Below are positions 37,850 through 46,730 of a stretch of 64,000 nt of DNA, piece by piece. Both the position numbers and the translations under genes were made by a program. The notes under the pieces are model-generated. The model had not been told where the DNA came from. It searched no databases and saw only the letters and a list, made by a program, of their open reading frames with translations. The DNA lies in NCBI GenBank assembly GCA_964605775.1, contig CAZSDU010000007.1, positions 18,256-82,255 on the forward strand, given 5' to 3'. The DNA is from an uncultured Prolixibacteraceae bacterium (lineage in GTDB: Bacteria; Bacteroidota; Bacteroidia; Bacteroidales; FEN-979). Position 1 is the stretch's first letter; every line of letters starts with the position of its first letter.

Positions 37850-40168
37850 TCAGGTAACGATCCTCAGTTTTGCGAATTTCAGCAGCAACTGTTTTTGACC
37901 TATCTGAGGGAAGAAAACAGTTGCTTTTTTATTGGGTCCGTTTCCTTCAATGCCAACCACTTTCCCCTGACCGAAACGCTCATGGATGACCTCCATTCCT
38001 GACTGTATCTCGTTGGCATCGGAAGGAGGAAGGGAAGTCATTTCCGGCTTTTCTTCCGCTTGCTGTGTGCTGACTTTTTTAAAGTGAGCCGGCAACTTGA
38101 TTTTTTTCTTTGGAAGGTTTAATCCGGGCAGCATGGATGAAAAATTATCCTTTTCAGCAAAACTTTCCTTTTTTGCTGAAGGTTTTTTAGGGAAATCAAG
38201 ATAATCTTCCGGAATCTCCTGGATGAAACGGCTGGGTTCACAGCTGGTGAGGTTGCCCCATCGATAACGGTTTTCGGCATAACTCAGGGCCAGTTTCTTC
38301 TGGGCCCGGGTTATGGCAACATAAAACAAACGTCTTTCTTCCTCCAGTTCCGATCTTGAATTCAGGGATTGTATGGATGGAAAAAGGTTTTCCTCCATCC
38401 CTACGGCATATACGCAGGGAAACTCCAGTCCTTTGGCCGAGTGTACGGTCATGAGGGTTACTTTGTCGCTACCGTCATCATCTTTTTTATCGGCATCGGT
38501 GATCAATGCCACATCCTGCATGAATTCATCAAGGGTACGGATCACATTGCTTTCAATCTCACCGGTTTCAGGGTTGATTCTCGGAGATTCTGAAAATTCC
38601 TTGATGGCATTCAGTAACTCCTCCAGGTTTTCAAATCGGCTGACTCCTTCAGGGGTTCGGTCGTCATGCATTTCTTTCATCAGTCCGGAGGATGCTGCAA
38701 TGTGCTTGGCCATATCAAAAGCATTTCTGGTCTTCAGTTGAATAGCAAAACTTTTGATCATGGTCATAAAAGCGGTGATCTTGGTCCAGGTTGCTTCGGG
38801 CAATCGAAATCCTGAAGGGGGGTGTTCGATCAGGTCGAATATGCCTTTTTTTTGCTGGTCGGCCGTGACAATCAGTTTCTCTAGGGTGGTCTTTCCGATG
38901 CCCCTGGCCGGGTAGTTGATGACCCTTAATAAGGCATCTTCATCCCGGGGATTGATGGTTAGCCGGTAATATGCCAGCACATCCTTGATTTCCTTGCGCT
39001 GATAAAAAGAAACACCTCCGTATATCCGGCAGGGGATATTGAGTTTTCTGAGTGCCTCTTCATGAACCCTCGACTGTGCATTGGTACGGTAAAGAATGGC
39101 AAAAGCAGAATTTTTTAACTGGAGGTTCATTTTGTTTTCAAAGATGGACTGAGCTACCAGGTTGCCTTCGTCGGTATCGCTCATGGCATGAATTAACTGG
39201 ATACGGTTCCCTTCCTCATTTTCAGTCCAGATCTCCTTGAATATCTGGTTTTTATTGTGCATGATCACCTGGTTGGCAGCCTTGACGATCATTTGGGTAG
39301 ACCGGTAATTCTGTTCCAGTTTATAGACCTTATGATCGGGGTAATCTTTCCTGAAATTCAGGATGTTCTGAATATTGGCTCCCCTGAAGCTATAAATGCT
39401 CTGGGCGTCATCGCCTACAACACAAAGATTTTCATTGTTGGCAGCCAATTTTTTAATGATCAGGTACTGGGCAAAATTGGTGTCCTGATATTCATCAACC
39501 AGGATGTACCTGAATTTTTGCTGGTATTTGTAAAGTATATCGGGGAAATCCCGAATCAGGATATTCATATTGAAGAGCAGGTCGTCAAAATCCATGGCGG
39601 AAGCACGCATCAGGCGGTTCTGGTACTGTGTATAAAGCTTGCCTGTAAGGGCTTTGCCAGAACCCGTATCATACTCCTGGATATCAGGGTTGGTGTTGTA
39701 TTCCTCTGCAGAAATCAAGCTGGTTTTGGCAGAAGAAATCCTGTTCAGGATGTATCCGGGTTGATAAACTTTATCATCCAGGTTGTTTTCCTTAATGAGG
39801 TTTTTGATGAGTCTTTTGGTGTCATCCGTATCATAGATGGTGTAATTAGAAGGATAACCCAGGCGGTGTCCTTCAATCCTGAGCACCCTGGCAAAAATGG
39901 AATGAAAGGTTCCCATCCAGACATTCTGGGCTTCAGGTCCTACCAGCGCGATGATGCGGTCTTTCATTTCTCTTGCTGCCTTGTTCGTGAATGTCAGTGC
40001 AAGAATATGGAAGGGATCCACATCTTTTTCGATCAGGTAGGCGACACGATAGGTCAGCACCCGTGTCTTTCCCGAACCTGCGCCTGCGATCACCATCACC
40101 GGTCCCTCTGTATTTGTTACTGCAGCCCGCTGGGCTTCATTCAATTCGTCAAGGATTTGCTTTGGCAT
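37850..40168 (-). CDS. uvrD: ATP-dependent DNA helicase, UvrD/PcrA family
   Basis: A 772-aa SF1 helicase with the motifs AGAGSGKT, ILVDEYQDTN, VGDDAQSIYSFRGA, TVHSAKGLEF and YVAITRA, plus the C-terminal FGQGKVV Tudor-like tail. Confidence 0.9.
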   Translation of the reverse strand: MPKQILDELNEAQRAAVTNTEGPVMVIAGAGSGKTRVLTYRVAYLIEKDVDPFHILALTFTNKAAREMKDRIIALVGPEAQNVWMGTFHSIFARVLRIEGHRLGYPSNYTIYDTDDTKRLIKNLIKENNLDDKVYQPGYILNRISSAKTSLISAEEYNTNPDIQEYDTGSGKALTGKLYTQYQNRLMRASAMDFDDLLFNMNILIRDFPDILYKYQQKFRYILVDEYQDTNFAQYLIIKKLAANNENLCVVGDDAQSIYSFRGANIQNILNFRKDYPDHKVYKLEQNYRSTQMIVKAANQVIMHNKNQIFKEIWTENEEGNRIQLIHAMSDTDEGNLVAQSIFENKMNLQLKNSAFAILYRTNAQSRVHEEALRKLNIPCRIYGGVSFYQRKEIKDVLAYYRLTINPRDEDALLRVINYPARGIGKTTLEKLIVTADQQKKGIFDLIEHPPSGFRLPEATWTKITAFMTMIKSFAIQLKTRNAFDMAKHIAASSGLMKEMHDDRTPEGVSRFENLEELLNAIKEFSESPRINPETGEIESNVIRTLDEFMQDVALITDADKKDDDGSDKVTLMTVHSAKGLEFPCVYAVGMEENLFPSIQSLNSRSELEEERRLFYVAITRAQKKLALSYAENRYRWGNLTSCEPSRFIQEIPEDYLDFPKKPSAKKESFAEKDNFSSMLPGLNLPKKKIKLPAHFKKVSTQQAEEKPEMTSLPPSDANEIQSGMEVIHERFGQGKVVGIEGNGPNKKATVFFPQIGQKQLLLKFAKLRIVT

Positions 40169-40185
40169 ATTTGTTTAATGATGCG

Positions 40186-40193
40186 CAAAAATA
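40186..40193 (-). promoter_or_regulatory. -7 promoter box TATTTTTG for uvrD
   Basis: The minus-strand sequence TATTTTTGCGCATC lies 18 nt upstream of the ATG at 40168. Confidence 0.4.
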
Positions 40194-40345
40194 CAGGATT
40201 CATTCACATGGAAAAAAGTAAAAGATCACAATGTTTTAACAAACCTCTGAAAAAATGGAGTTACACTTACGAATTTCCCGGATACTTTTTCCCTGGATAA
40301 TTTGACACTTGCTTATTATCGCTTTATGTAAAGTGTTGATTGTCA

Positions 40346-40353
40346 TAATTTTG
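40346..40353 (+). promoter_or_regulatory. -7 promoter box TAATTTTG for the lipoprotein/LruC gene pair
   Basis: The plus-strand sequence TAATTTTG lies 24 nt upstream of the ATG at 40377. Confidence 0.45.
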
Positions 40354-40376
40354 TTTTAAATTAAAAATATATAACA

Positions 40377-40784
40377 ATGAAAACCAGGGATTTTATTCAG
40401 CACAAAACCATCGTAGTGATCCTCCTGGCTTGCTTGGGTTTAATGTTTTCGTTATCCTCATGCCGTAAGGATCTGGAAGCTATACAACCACAAGTTTCTC
40501 AGAGTGACCTCAAATCCATGAATGATATGAAGGTTACTTCGGATTTTAACTGGAGCACCTATCAGGAAGTACAGGTGAATATCAGTGTAAAGGGAAAAGC
40601 TGTTGTGTTCATTAAATCAGCTTCTTCCCCTGAAGTAGTCTATGAGAAAGCAATGGCGCTACCTAACCAAGTTTACAGCACCATCATTGCTATTCCGACC
40701 TATGAGACGGAGCTCATCATATCCGTCAACGGTATTCCAAATAAAGTGGCTATATCGAATAATCAGGTTTCCTGTACCTTCTAA
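40377..40784 (+). CDS. Small lipoprotein of unknown function (135 aa)
   Basis: A signal peptide with lipobox (LMFSLSSC) is followed by a single predicted beta-sandwich-sized domain. The LruC-domain gene starts 11 nt downstream. Confidence 0.55.
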   Translation: MKTRDFIQHKTIVVILLACLGLMFSLSSCRKDLEAIQPQVSQSDLKSMNDMKVTSDFNWSTYQEVQVNISVKGKAVVFIKSASSPEVVYEKAMALPNQVYSTIIAIPTYETELIISVNGIPNKVAISNNQVSCTF

Positions 40785-40795
40785 AACAACAAAAC

Positions 40796-42505
40796 ATGAA
40801 AGCAACATTAAAAAATATCAACAACAGGGTGGGTATGATCATCCTGTTCATGTCATTGGTATTGGCAGGCCATTCACAAAAAGTTCCCTGCGGTATAAGT
40901 AAAAATAACGGGGGGGGATTTTCCACCACCATACAATCAGTAATATGTAATACCAACGGGACATACACCATTGTCTTAGTGGTTCAACATGATGGTTGTT
41001 CTGGACCTGATTGCAAAGCCTTATCTCATTATTCGGTGGAGGCAGATCCCGGAACCTACAGCAACATTATGGTTGAGATTATTAGCGGGGGAATGACTTA
41101 TTCGAATATTGACCTGGGTCCCAATCTGGGTTCTGATCCTTTTCAGGGATTTAAAATTGACGGGGTTAACGGCATAGGCGATGGACAGGCTGGTTCCTTC
41201 ACCATCACTTATACCCTGGCGGGTGCATTACAGGATCAGCAGGTATCAGCGAAAGCCGGCACTTCTCCCCAGATTGCCAGTTTTACAGTGGCTGAATTTA
41301 CTTCAGTAATGAATTGTAATAATACTGGCTGTGGTACGCCTATCACAGGCCCTGATGCCATTAACGATAATGCAACGACAATGGTGAACACGCCGGTAAA
41401 TATCAGTAACCTTGCGAATGATATTGCGGGAACCGGAGCCCTGGTTCCAGGTTCTGTGACTTTTATTGCGGGTACTGAACCTTCATTATCCGTAGGGATA
41501 TTTACCATCCCTGGCCCGGGTATTGTAACATTCACTCCTGCCACCAATTATACTGGAATGGCTACCATCCAATATCAGGTTTGTGATGTAAACAGTTTGT
41601 GCGATATCGCTACCATTACCGTGACGATTCCCTCGGGTGATTCCGATAATGACGGATGTCCGGATGAGGTAGATCAGTATCCGGATGACCCGACCAAATG
41701 CTTTGATAATGAATTCCCGGCAACTGGAACAGGTACACTGGCTTTTGAAGATTTATGGCCGGGACGGGGAGATTATGACTTTAACGATCTGGTTTGCGAT
41801 TATAAATTTATTGCCACCACCAATGCTGAGAATCTCGTGGTCGACATTACTGCTACCTTTACGGTAAAAGCATTTGGCGCCTCTTTACATAACGGATTTG
41901 GGTTTCAGTTCCCGAATAGCAACATAATACCGGGGAGTATGATCGTTACCGGGTACAACCTTCAGGAAAACTATATTGTGCTGAATGAATATGGGCTGGA
42001 AGCCGGACAGGATAAGCCCACCATCATTGTTTATGACGATGCCTATAACCTGATGCCTTCTCCGGGAATGGGAATTGGCGTCAACACTACACCTGGCGCT
42101 CCTTATGTCAACCCTGTTACACTGACGATACAGATGACCTTCAGCAGTCCTCAATATACCCTGGCTCAGATTAACCTGCCCAAATTCAACCCCTTTATTA
42201 TTGTGGACAAAAACCGTGGGTTGGAAGTTCACCTTCCTGACTATGCTCCCACGAGTTTAGCGAATCTTGCTTATTTCGGTCAGGCTGATGACAACAGCAA
42301 TCCGGAAAGTGGTAGATATTACAAGACCTTGAATAACCTTCCCTGGGCCATCAATATCTATGAAAGTTTTGCTTATCCCAAGGAAAAAACAGATATCATT
42401 CATACATATAACCATTTTGTTGAATGGGCAGTCAGTGGTGGAGTAAGTTTCCCAGACTGGTATAAAAACCTTCCAGGATATCGGAATACCGGTAACCTTT
42501 ATTGA
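40796..42505 (+). CDS. LruC-domain (DUF4842-type) secreted protein with N-terminal Cys-rich region, Ig/cadherin-like domain and thrombospondin-type-3-like Asp motif
   Basis: The signal peptide is MIILFMSLVLAGHSQ. An Ig-like segment is present (DAINDNATTMVNTPVNISNLANDI..VTFTPATNYTGMATIQYQVCD). It has a DSDNDGCPDEVDQYPDDP calcium-binding-like motif and the LruC core FEDLWPGRGDYDFNDLVCDY. Confidence 0.75.
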   Translation: MKATLKNINNRVGMIILFMSLVLAGHSQKVPCGISKNNGGGFSTTIQSVICNTNGTYTIVLVVQHDGCSGPDCKALSHYSVEADPGTYSNIMVEIISGGMTYSNIDLGPNLGSDPFQGFKIDGVNGIGDGQAGSFTITYTLAGALQDQQVSAKAGTSPQIASFTVAEFTSVMNCNNTGCGTPITGPDAINDNATTMVNTPVNISNLANDIAGTGALVPGSVTFIAGTEPSLSVGIFTIPGPGIVTFTPATNYTGMATIQYQVCDVNSLCDIATITVTIPSGDSDNDGCPDEVDQYPDDPTKCFDNEFPATGTGTLAFEDLWPGRGDYDFNDLVCDYKFIATTNAENLVVDITATFTVKAFGASLHNGFGFQFPNSNIIPGSMIVTGYNLQENYIVLNEYGLEAGQDKPTIIVYDDAYNLMPSPGMGIGVNTTPGAPYVNPVTLTIQMTFSSPQYTLAQINLPKFNPFIIVDKNRGLEVHLPDYAPTSLANLAYFGQADDNSNPESGRYYKTLNNLPWAINIYESFAYPKEKTDIIHTYNHFVEWAVSGGVSFPDWYKNLPGYRNTGNLY

Positions 42506-42540
42506 AAATTACCTGACCTGAATATTTTCTCTGATTGTAA

Positions 42541-42576
42541 AAAGGGTAACTCCAAGCCGAGTTACCCTTTTTTTTA
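42541..42576 (+). terminator. Rho-independent terminator after the LruC-domain gene
   Basis: A 9-bp stem GGGTAACTC/GAGTTACCC (42544-42552 with 42559-42567) has a 6-nt loop, flanking AAA/TTT extension and a T8 run. Confidence 0.8.
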
Positions 42577-42596
42577 TAGGAAAGAAAAGGTTTCCT

Positions 42597-42604
42597 TATC
42601 TTTG
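42597..42604 (+). promoter_or_regulatory. -7 promoter box TATCTTTG for the methyltransferase gene
   Basis: The plus-strand sequence TATCTTTG lies 23 nt upstream of the ATG at 42627. Confidence 0.45.
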
Positions 42605-42626
42605 CCCTTCCAAACCATAACAGGTC

Positions 42627-43367
42627 ATGAATCTTCCCATTTTCCAGCTTATTAATTACCTGCTCATCCTGATTGTCTTTATTATATTAATAAGGTATAC
42701 CTGGGATATGATTTTTGACCGGGATTACCAGCCGGCTGCCTGGCAACAAGCTAAAAAAGCCGGAAAAGTAAGTCGGGATCTGATCAGATTGGAAAGAAAT
42801 TATCCGGATAAAGTGCGTTTTTTCAACTGGTGGTTACAGGTGGAACGATTAAAACGAAATGAGATCCAGGGTTCATTTGCAGAATTGGGGGTATATAAAG
42901 GAGATAGCGCCAGGATAATTCATCTGATAGATACGGAAAGAACTTTTCACCTTTTTGACACCTTTCATGGTTTTACTGAAGAAGAACTGAAATCGGAAAC
43001 CGGAACTGCCGCCACTTATCGTCCATCCGATTTTGCGGATACTTCACTGGAAAAGACGAAAAAAAAAATCGGACAAAGCGAAAAGCTTGTTTTTCACCCG
43101 GGAATTTTTCCGGCAACAACTTCTGGGCTGGAAACGGAAAGATTTGCCCTGGTCAATATTGATGCAGACCTGTATCATCCGACAAAAAACGGTCTTGAAT
43201 TCTTCTATCCTCGATTGTCACCCGGTGGTGTAATCCTTATCCATGATTACAATGAAAAATGGGATGGCGTGATCCGGGCAGTGAACGAATTTTCATTGAC
43301 TATCCCTGAGCCCCTCATTCAAATACCGGATATGGAATGCAGCATCATGATTATCAGGAATAAATAA
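42627..43367 (+). CDS. TylF/MycF-family class I SAM-dependent O-methyltransferase-like protein with N-terminal TM helix
   Basis: It has an N-terminal hydrophobic helix (LINYLLILIVFIILI), a SAM motif (FAELGVYKGDSA), an acidic metal-site-like motif (LVNIDADLYHPT) and GGVILIHDY. Confidence 0.7.
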   Translation: MNLPIFQLINYLLILIVFIILIRYTWDMIFDRDYQPAAWQQAKKAGKVSRDLIRLERNYPDKVRFFNWWLQVERLKRNEIQGSFAELGVYKGDSARIIHLIDTERTFHLFDTFHGFTEEELKSETGTAATYRPSDFADTSLEKTKKKIGQSEKLVFHPGIFPATTSGLETERFALVNIDADLYHPTKNGLEFFYPRLSPGGVILIHDYNEKWDGVIRAVNEFSLTIPEPLIQIPDMECSIMIIRNK

Positions 43368-43415
43368 TTTTTTATCATTTTTTAACATTTTTTTTGCTTG
43401 AATTAAAATTAATTA

Positions 43416-43423
43416 TACCTTTG
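43416..43423 (+). promoter_or_regulatory. Orphan -7 promoter box TACCTTTG (TTTG 19 nt upstream) with no ORF behind it
   Basis: TACCTTTG matches TAnnTTTG, and TTTG at 43393-43396 sits at -33 spacing. The next real start codon (rpsL) is 290 nt away and has its own promoter box. Confidence 0.4.
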
Positions 43424-43425
43424 CA

Positions 43426-43634
43426 CCCTCGAAAATGGATTTTTGTTTTCGAGGGGAATATTAGCCGGAAACGGCAAGGAAACCTGATAAAGTGAGACAT
43501 CTATAGGTTCCAATCGAAGACATACTGATGTTTTCGATGAAAAGTCTCCCTGAATTATCTCCTTCCTTTGCATTTTCAAGCCAGAAATTCCCGTATTTCA
43601 ATAAATGATAAACCAAATGGTTTTTCATCGAAAA
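43426..43634 (+). ncRNA. Candidate structured RNA or long regulatory leader upstream of rpsL (family not recognised)
   Basis: There is a perfect 10-bp hairpin at 43426-43455, a GCCG-GAAA-CGGC tetraloop hairpin at 43464-43475 and an 11-bp hairpin at 43513-43538. That last hairpin competes with a perfect 13-bp long-range helix (43531-43543 with 43622-43634). See finding. Confidence 0.3.
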
Positions 43635-43658
43635 TGTTGGCAGTGTAAAAATAATTTG

Positions 43659-43666
43659 TACTTTTG
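43659..43666 (+). promoter_or_regulatory. -7 promoter box TACTTTTG for the rpsL-led ribosomal cluster
   Basis: TACTTTTGCACTCCC has TTG 20 nt upstream and lies 48 nt before the rpsL ATG. Confidence 0.5.
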
Positions 43667-43713
43667 CACTCCCTTTTTTGGGCAAAAAAATAAATTTAAA
43701 TAAATCATCAGTT

Positions 43714-44097
43714 ATGCCTACGATTTCGCAATTGGTTCGTAAAGGAAGAAAAAAATTAACGGATAAGAGTAAGGCACCTGCCCTGGACTCCTGTCCGCAA
43801 CGCCGTGGCGTTTGCGTCCGCGTATACACCACCACGCCCAAGAAACCAAATTCTGCCATGCGTAAGGTTGCCCGTGTCAGGCTCACCAACGGGAAAGAAG
43901 TCAATGCTTATATCCCTGGTGAAGGACATAACCTTCAGGAACACTCTATCGTCATGATCCGTGGCGGTCGTGTGAAAGATTTACCCGGCGTCCGTTATCA
44001 TATTATCCGCGGTGCCCTGGATACCTCGGGGGTAGAAGGCCGCAAACAGCGTCGCTCGAAATATGGTGCCAAACGTCCAAAAGAAAAGAAAGCATAA
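43714..44097 (+). CDS. rpsL: 30S ribosomal protein S12
   Basis: [38 protein letters not shown]. The start is set at ATG 43714; the track ORF begins at an upstream TTG. Lys residues at the streptomycin-resistance positions are wild type. Confidence 0.95.
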   Translation: MPTISQLVRKGRKKLTDKSKAPALDSCPQRRGVCVRVYTTTPKKPNSAMRKVARVRLTNGKEVNAYIPGEGHNLQEHSIVMIRGGRVKDLPGVRYHIIRGALDTSGVEGRKQRRSKYGAKRPKEKKA

Positions 44098-44149
44098 ATT
44101 GAAAGGGCTAACCTTCGGGATGCCCGTACTTATAGATAAGTAGTATAAT

Positions 44150-44617
44150 ATGAGAAAAGCAAAACCAAAAAAAAGACCCATAGTTCCTGATCCAAAGTTT
44201 AGCGATACACTGGTGACTAAGTTTGTCAACAACATGATGCTCAGGGGCAAGAAAAACATTGCGTATGATGTCTTTTATGAAGCCATTGAGACCGTTGCCG
44301 ATAAAACGAAAGAAGATGGCCTCGAGGTTTTCAAAAAAGCGCTTGCCAATGTTACTCCTTCTGTTGAAGTCCGCAGCCGGCGTATCGGTGGCGCCACTTT
44401 CCAGATCCCTTCTGAAATCCGTCCTTCGCGCAAAATGTCCATTGGTATGAAAGCCCTGGTAAGCTATGCACGCAAGCGTCACGAAAAAAGCATGGGACAG
44501 AAACTGGCTGCTGAAATCATCGCTGCTTACAAAGAGGAAGGTGCAGCATTCAAGAAAAAAGAAGATACTCATCGCATGGCTGAAGCTAACAAGGCATTCA
44601 GCCATTTCCGTTTTTAA
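44150..44617 (+). CDS. rpsG: 30S ribosomal protein S7
   Basis: A 155-aa protein with [18 protein letters not shown] and [16 protein letters not shown], typical of uS7. Confidence 0.95.
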   Translation: MRKAKPKKRPIVPDPKFSDTLVTKFVNNMMLRGKKNIAYDVFYEAIETVADKTKEDGLEVFKKALANVTPSVEVRSRRIGGATFQIPSEIRPSRKMSIGMKALVSYARKRHEKSMGQKLAAEIIAAYKEEGAAFKKKEDTHRMAEANKAFSHFRF

Positions 44618-44618
44618 T

Positions 44619-46724
44619 ATGAGCGAAAAGCTGGAAAATACAAGAAACATTGGCATAATGGCGCACATCGATGCGGGTAAAACCACAACGACTGAGCGTA
44701 TCTTGTATTATACCGGCATCAACTATAAATTGGGCGAAGTTCATGATGGTACTGCTACCATGGACTGGATGATCCAGGAACAGGAACGCGGGATCACCAT
44801 CACTTCTGCTGCCACTACTGTATACTGGGATTATGGTCATGAAAAATACCGTATCAATATCATTGATACCCCCGGACATGTTGATTTCACGGTGGAAGTG
44901 GAACGTTCGCTGCGCGTTCTCGACGGTGCCGTGGCCATATTCTGTGCCGTGGGAGGTGTGGAACCACAATCTGAAACAGTCTGGAAACAAGCGGATAAAT
45001 ACAAGGTGCCCCGATTAAGTTTCGTCAATAAGATGGACCGTACCGGGGCTGATTTTTTTCATGTCGTCCAGCAAATTAAAGAAAAACTGGGTGCCCATCC
45101 CATTCCTGTTCAGTTGCCCATTGGCGCTGAAGATAATTTCACCGGCATCGTGGATCTGATTTCCAATAAAGCCTATACCTGGGATGATGATTCCCTGGGC
45201 AAAGCATATTCGGAAATTCCTGTTCCGGAAGACATGAAGGAAATAGTTGCAGAATACCGCATGAAACTGATTGAAGGCGCAGCCGAAGAAAACGACGCCC
45301 TCCTTCACAAATTTATGGAAGATCATCATTCCATTACGGAAGATGAAATCCTTGCCGAATTAAGAAAGGCCACCCTTCAAAGCCGCATCACACCGGTAAT
45401 CTGTGGAGCTTCTTTTAAAAATAAAGGGGTTCAACCGCTGATTGACAATATCATTAAATTCCTTCCTTCTCCCTATGATATGCCTCCCGTCAGGGGAATC
45501 AATCCCTATACGGAAAAGGAGGAGATGCGTCATCCCGACCCCGGAGAACCATTTGCCGCCATCGCTTTCAAAATTGCTACAGATCCATTCGTTGGAAGAA
45601 TCGCTTTCTTCCGCGTTTATTCCGGAGCCCTGGATGCAGGGGAAGTGGTGCTTAATGGCAATACCGATAAAAAAGAACGCATCAACCGCATCATGCAGAT
45701 GCATGCCAACAAACAAAACCCGCTCAAGCGGATCGAAGCCGGTGAAATCGGCGCTGCCGTCGGGTTTAAAGAAATTCATACCGGGGATACCCTTTGCGAT
45801 CTCAAACACCCCATCGTTCTGGAGCGCATGGCCTTTCCGGAACCAGTCATCAATATGGCTGTGGAACCAAAGACCCAGGAGGATGTGGAAAAACTTGCTG
45901 TGGCCTTAAACAAGTTAACAGAAGAAGATCCTACCTTTCAGGTCAGGGTTGACAATGAAACCGGCCAGACCCTCATCAGCGGGATGGGAGAGTTACACCT
46001 CGACATTATTTGCGACCGAATGCGCCGTGAGTTCAATATTGAAGTCAATCGTGGAAATCCTCAGGTCGCCTATAAGGAAGCCATCACCAATACAGTGATG
46101 CACCATGAGGTCTATAAGAAACAATCTGGAGGCAAAGGACGTTTTGCAGATTTGGTGATTGAAATTTCTCCGGCTGATGAGGAGTTCAAAGGCCTTCAGT
46201 TTATCAATGACATCAAAGGCGGGAATATTCCCCGAGAATTTATCCCTGCCATAGAAAAAGGCCTGAAGGCTGCTATGACCAACGGTCCGATCATCGGATT
46301 CCCAATGGAAAGCATCAAGGTAAGGCTTATAGATGGTTCTTACCACAGTGTGGATTCTGATGCCCTTTCTTTTCAGATTGCCGCGGGAATTGCATTCAAA
46401 GAAGCATGCAGGAAGGCAAAATTTGTTTTGCTGGAGCCCATTATGAAATTTGAAATCATTACCCCGAGTGAATACATGGGTGAAGTAACCAGTGATATTT
46501 CAAAACGCAGGGGACAAGTGGAGGAAGTGGAATCAAGGATTGGGAATCAGGTCATTCATGGTCGGGTACCCTTATCAGAAATGTTTGGCTATGTGACCAC
46601 CCTTCGCAGTCTGACTTCCGGAAGAGCTACAGAAATGCTTGAGTTTTTCAAGTATTCGGTAATTCCTCAGGAAATTCAAAATGAAGTTTTATATAAAATC
46701 AGGGGATACGTTCCCGCATATTAA
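44619..46724 (+). CDS. fusA: Elongation factor G
   Basis: The start is set at [23 protein letters not shown], 1 nt after the rpsG stop. G-domain motifs [17 protein letters not shown] and NKMD are present, along with domains II-V. Confidence 0.95.
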   Translation: MSEKLENTRNIGIMAHIDAGKTTTTERILYYTGINYKLGEVHDGTATMDWMIQEQERGITITSAATTVYWDYGHEKYRINIIDTPGHVDFTVEVERSLRVLDGAVAIFCAVGGVEPQSETVWKQADKYKVPRLSFVNKMDRTGADFFHVVQQIKEKLGAHPIPVQLPIGAEDNFTGIVDLISNKAYTWDDDSLGKAYSEIPVPEDMKEIVAEYRMKLIEGAAEENDALLHKFMEDHHSITEDEILAELRKATLQSRITPVICGASFKNKGVQPLIDNIIKFLPSPYDMPPVRGINPYTEKEEMRHPDPGEPFAAIAFKIATDPFVGRIAFFRVYSGALDAGEVVLNGNTDKKERINRIMQMHANKQNPLKRIEAGEIGAAVGFKEIHTGDTLCDLKHPIVLERMAFPEPVINMAVEPKTQEDVEKLAVALNKLTEEDPTFQVRVDNETGQTLISGMGELHLDIICDRMRREFNIEVNRGNPQVAYKEAITNTVMHHEVYKKQSGGKGRFADLVIEISPADEEFKGLQFINDIKGGNIPREFIPAIEKGLKAAMTNGPIIGFPMESIKVRLIDGSYHSVDSDALSFQIAAGIAFKEACRKAKFVLLEPIMKFEIITPSEYMGEVTSDISKRRGQVEEVESRIGNQVIHGRVPLSEMFGYVTTLRSLTSGRATEMLEFFKYSVIPQEIQNEVLYKIRGYVPAY

Positions 46725-46730
46725 TTTTTT

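Noticed and set aside
39257-40300. 347-aa plus-strand ORF, the longest unassigned ORF in the track
   Set aside because: It lies entirely antisense to the well-supported uvrD gene. The translation is low-complexity and repetitive (runs of I, F, V, Q) with no recognisable motif. Long stop-free antisense frames are an expected by-product of codon bias.
43456-43510. Possible SRP (4.5S) RNA or TPP riboswitch, because of a GNRA-capped hairpin (GCCGGAAACGGC) and an ACCTGAT string
   Set aside because: The SRP domain IV signature is absent: there is no AGCA asymmetric loop or GGAAGCAGCC-type 3' strand next to the tetraloop. The TPP riboswitch CUGAGA box and the pyrimidine-sensor helix are also missing. 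The resemblance is limited to a few nucleotides.
43505-43520. tRNA-like T-loop string GGTTCCAATCG
   Set aside because: The flanking bases (ATAGG and CGAAG) cannot form a T-stem, and no acceptor or anticodon arms can be drawn around it.
43461-43904. 147-aa minus-strand ORF spanning the rpsL leader region and the 5' part of rpsL
   Set aside because: It is antisense to rpsL for half its length and has no recognisable domain. The structured-RNA interpretation of the intergenic part explains the sequence better.
44466-44618. 51-codon N-terminal extension of fusA in the ORF track
   Set aside because: The extension overlaps the 3' end of rpsG in another frame and has no EF-G counterpart. The canonical EF-G N-terminus ([23 protein letters not shown]) starts at the ATG at 44619, 1 nt after the rpsG stop.
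44108-44686. 192-aa minus-strand ORF, with similar ones at 51042-51689 (215 aa) and 52722-53333 (203 aa)
   Set aside because: They are antisense to the highly conserved ribosomal protein genes rpsG, rplP/rpmC and rplE/rpsN. They have no motifs, and no promoter boxes precede them.
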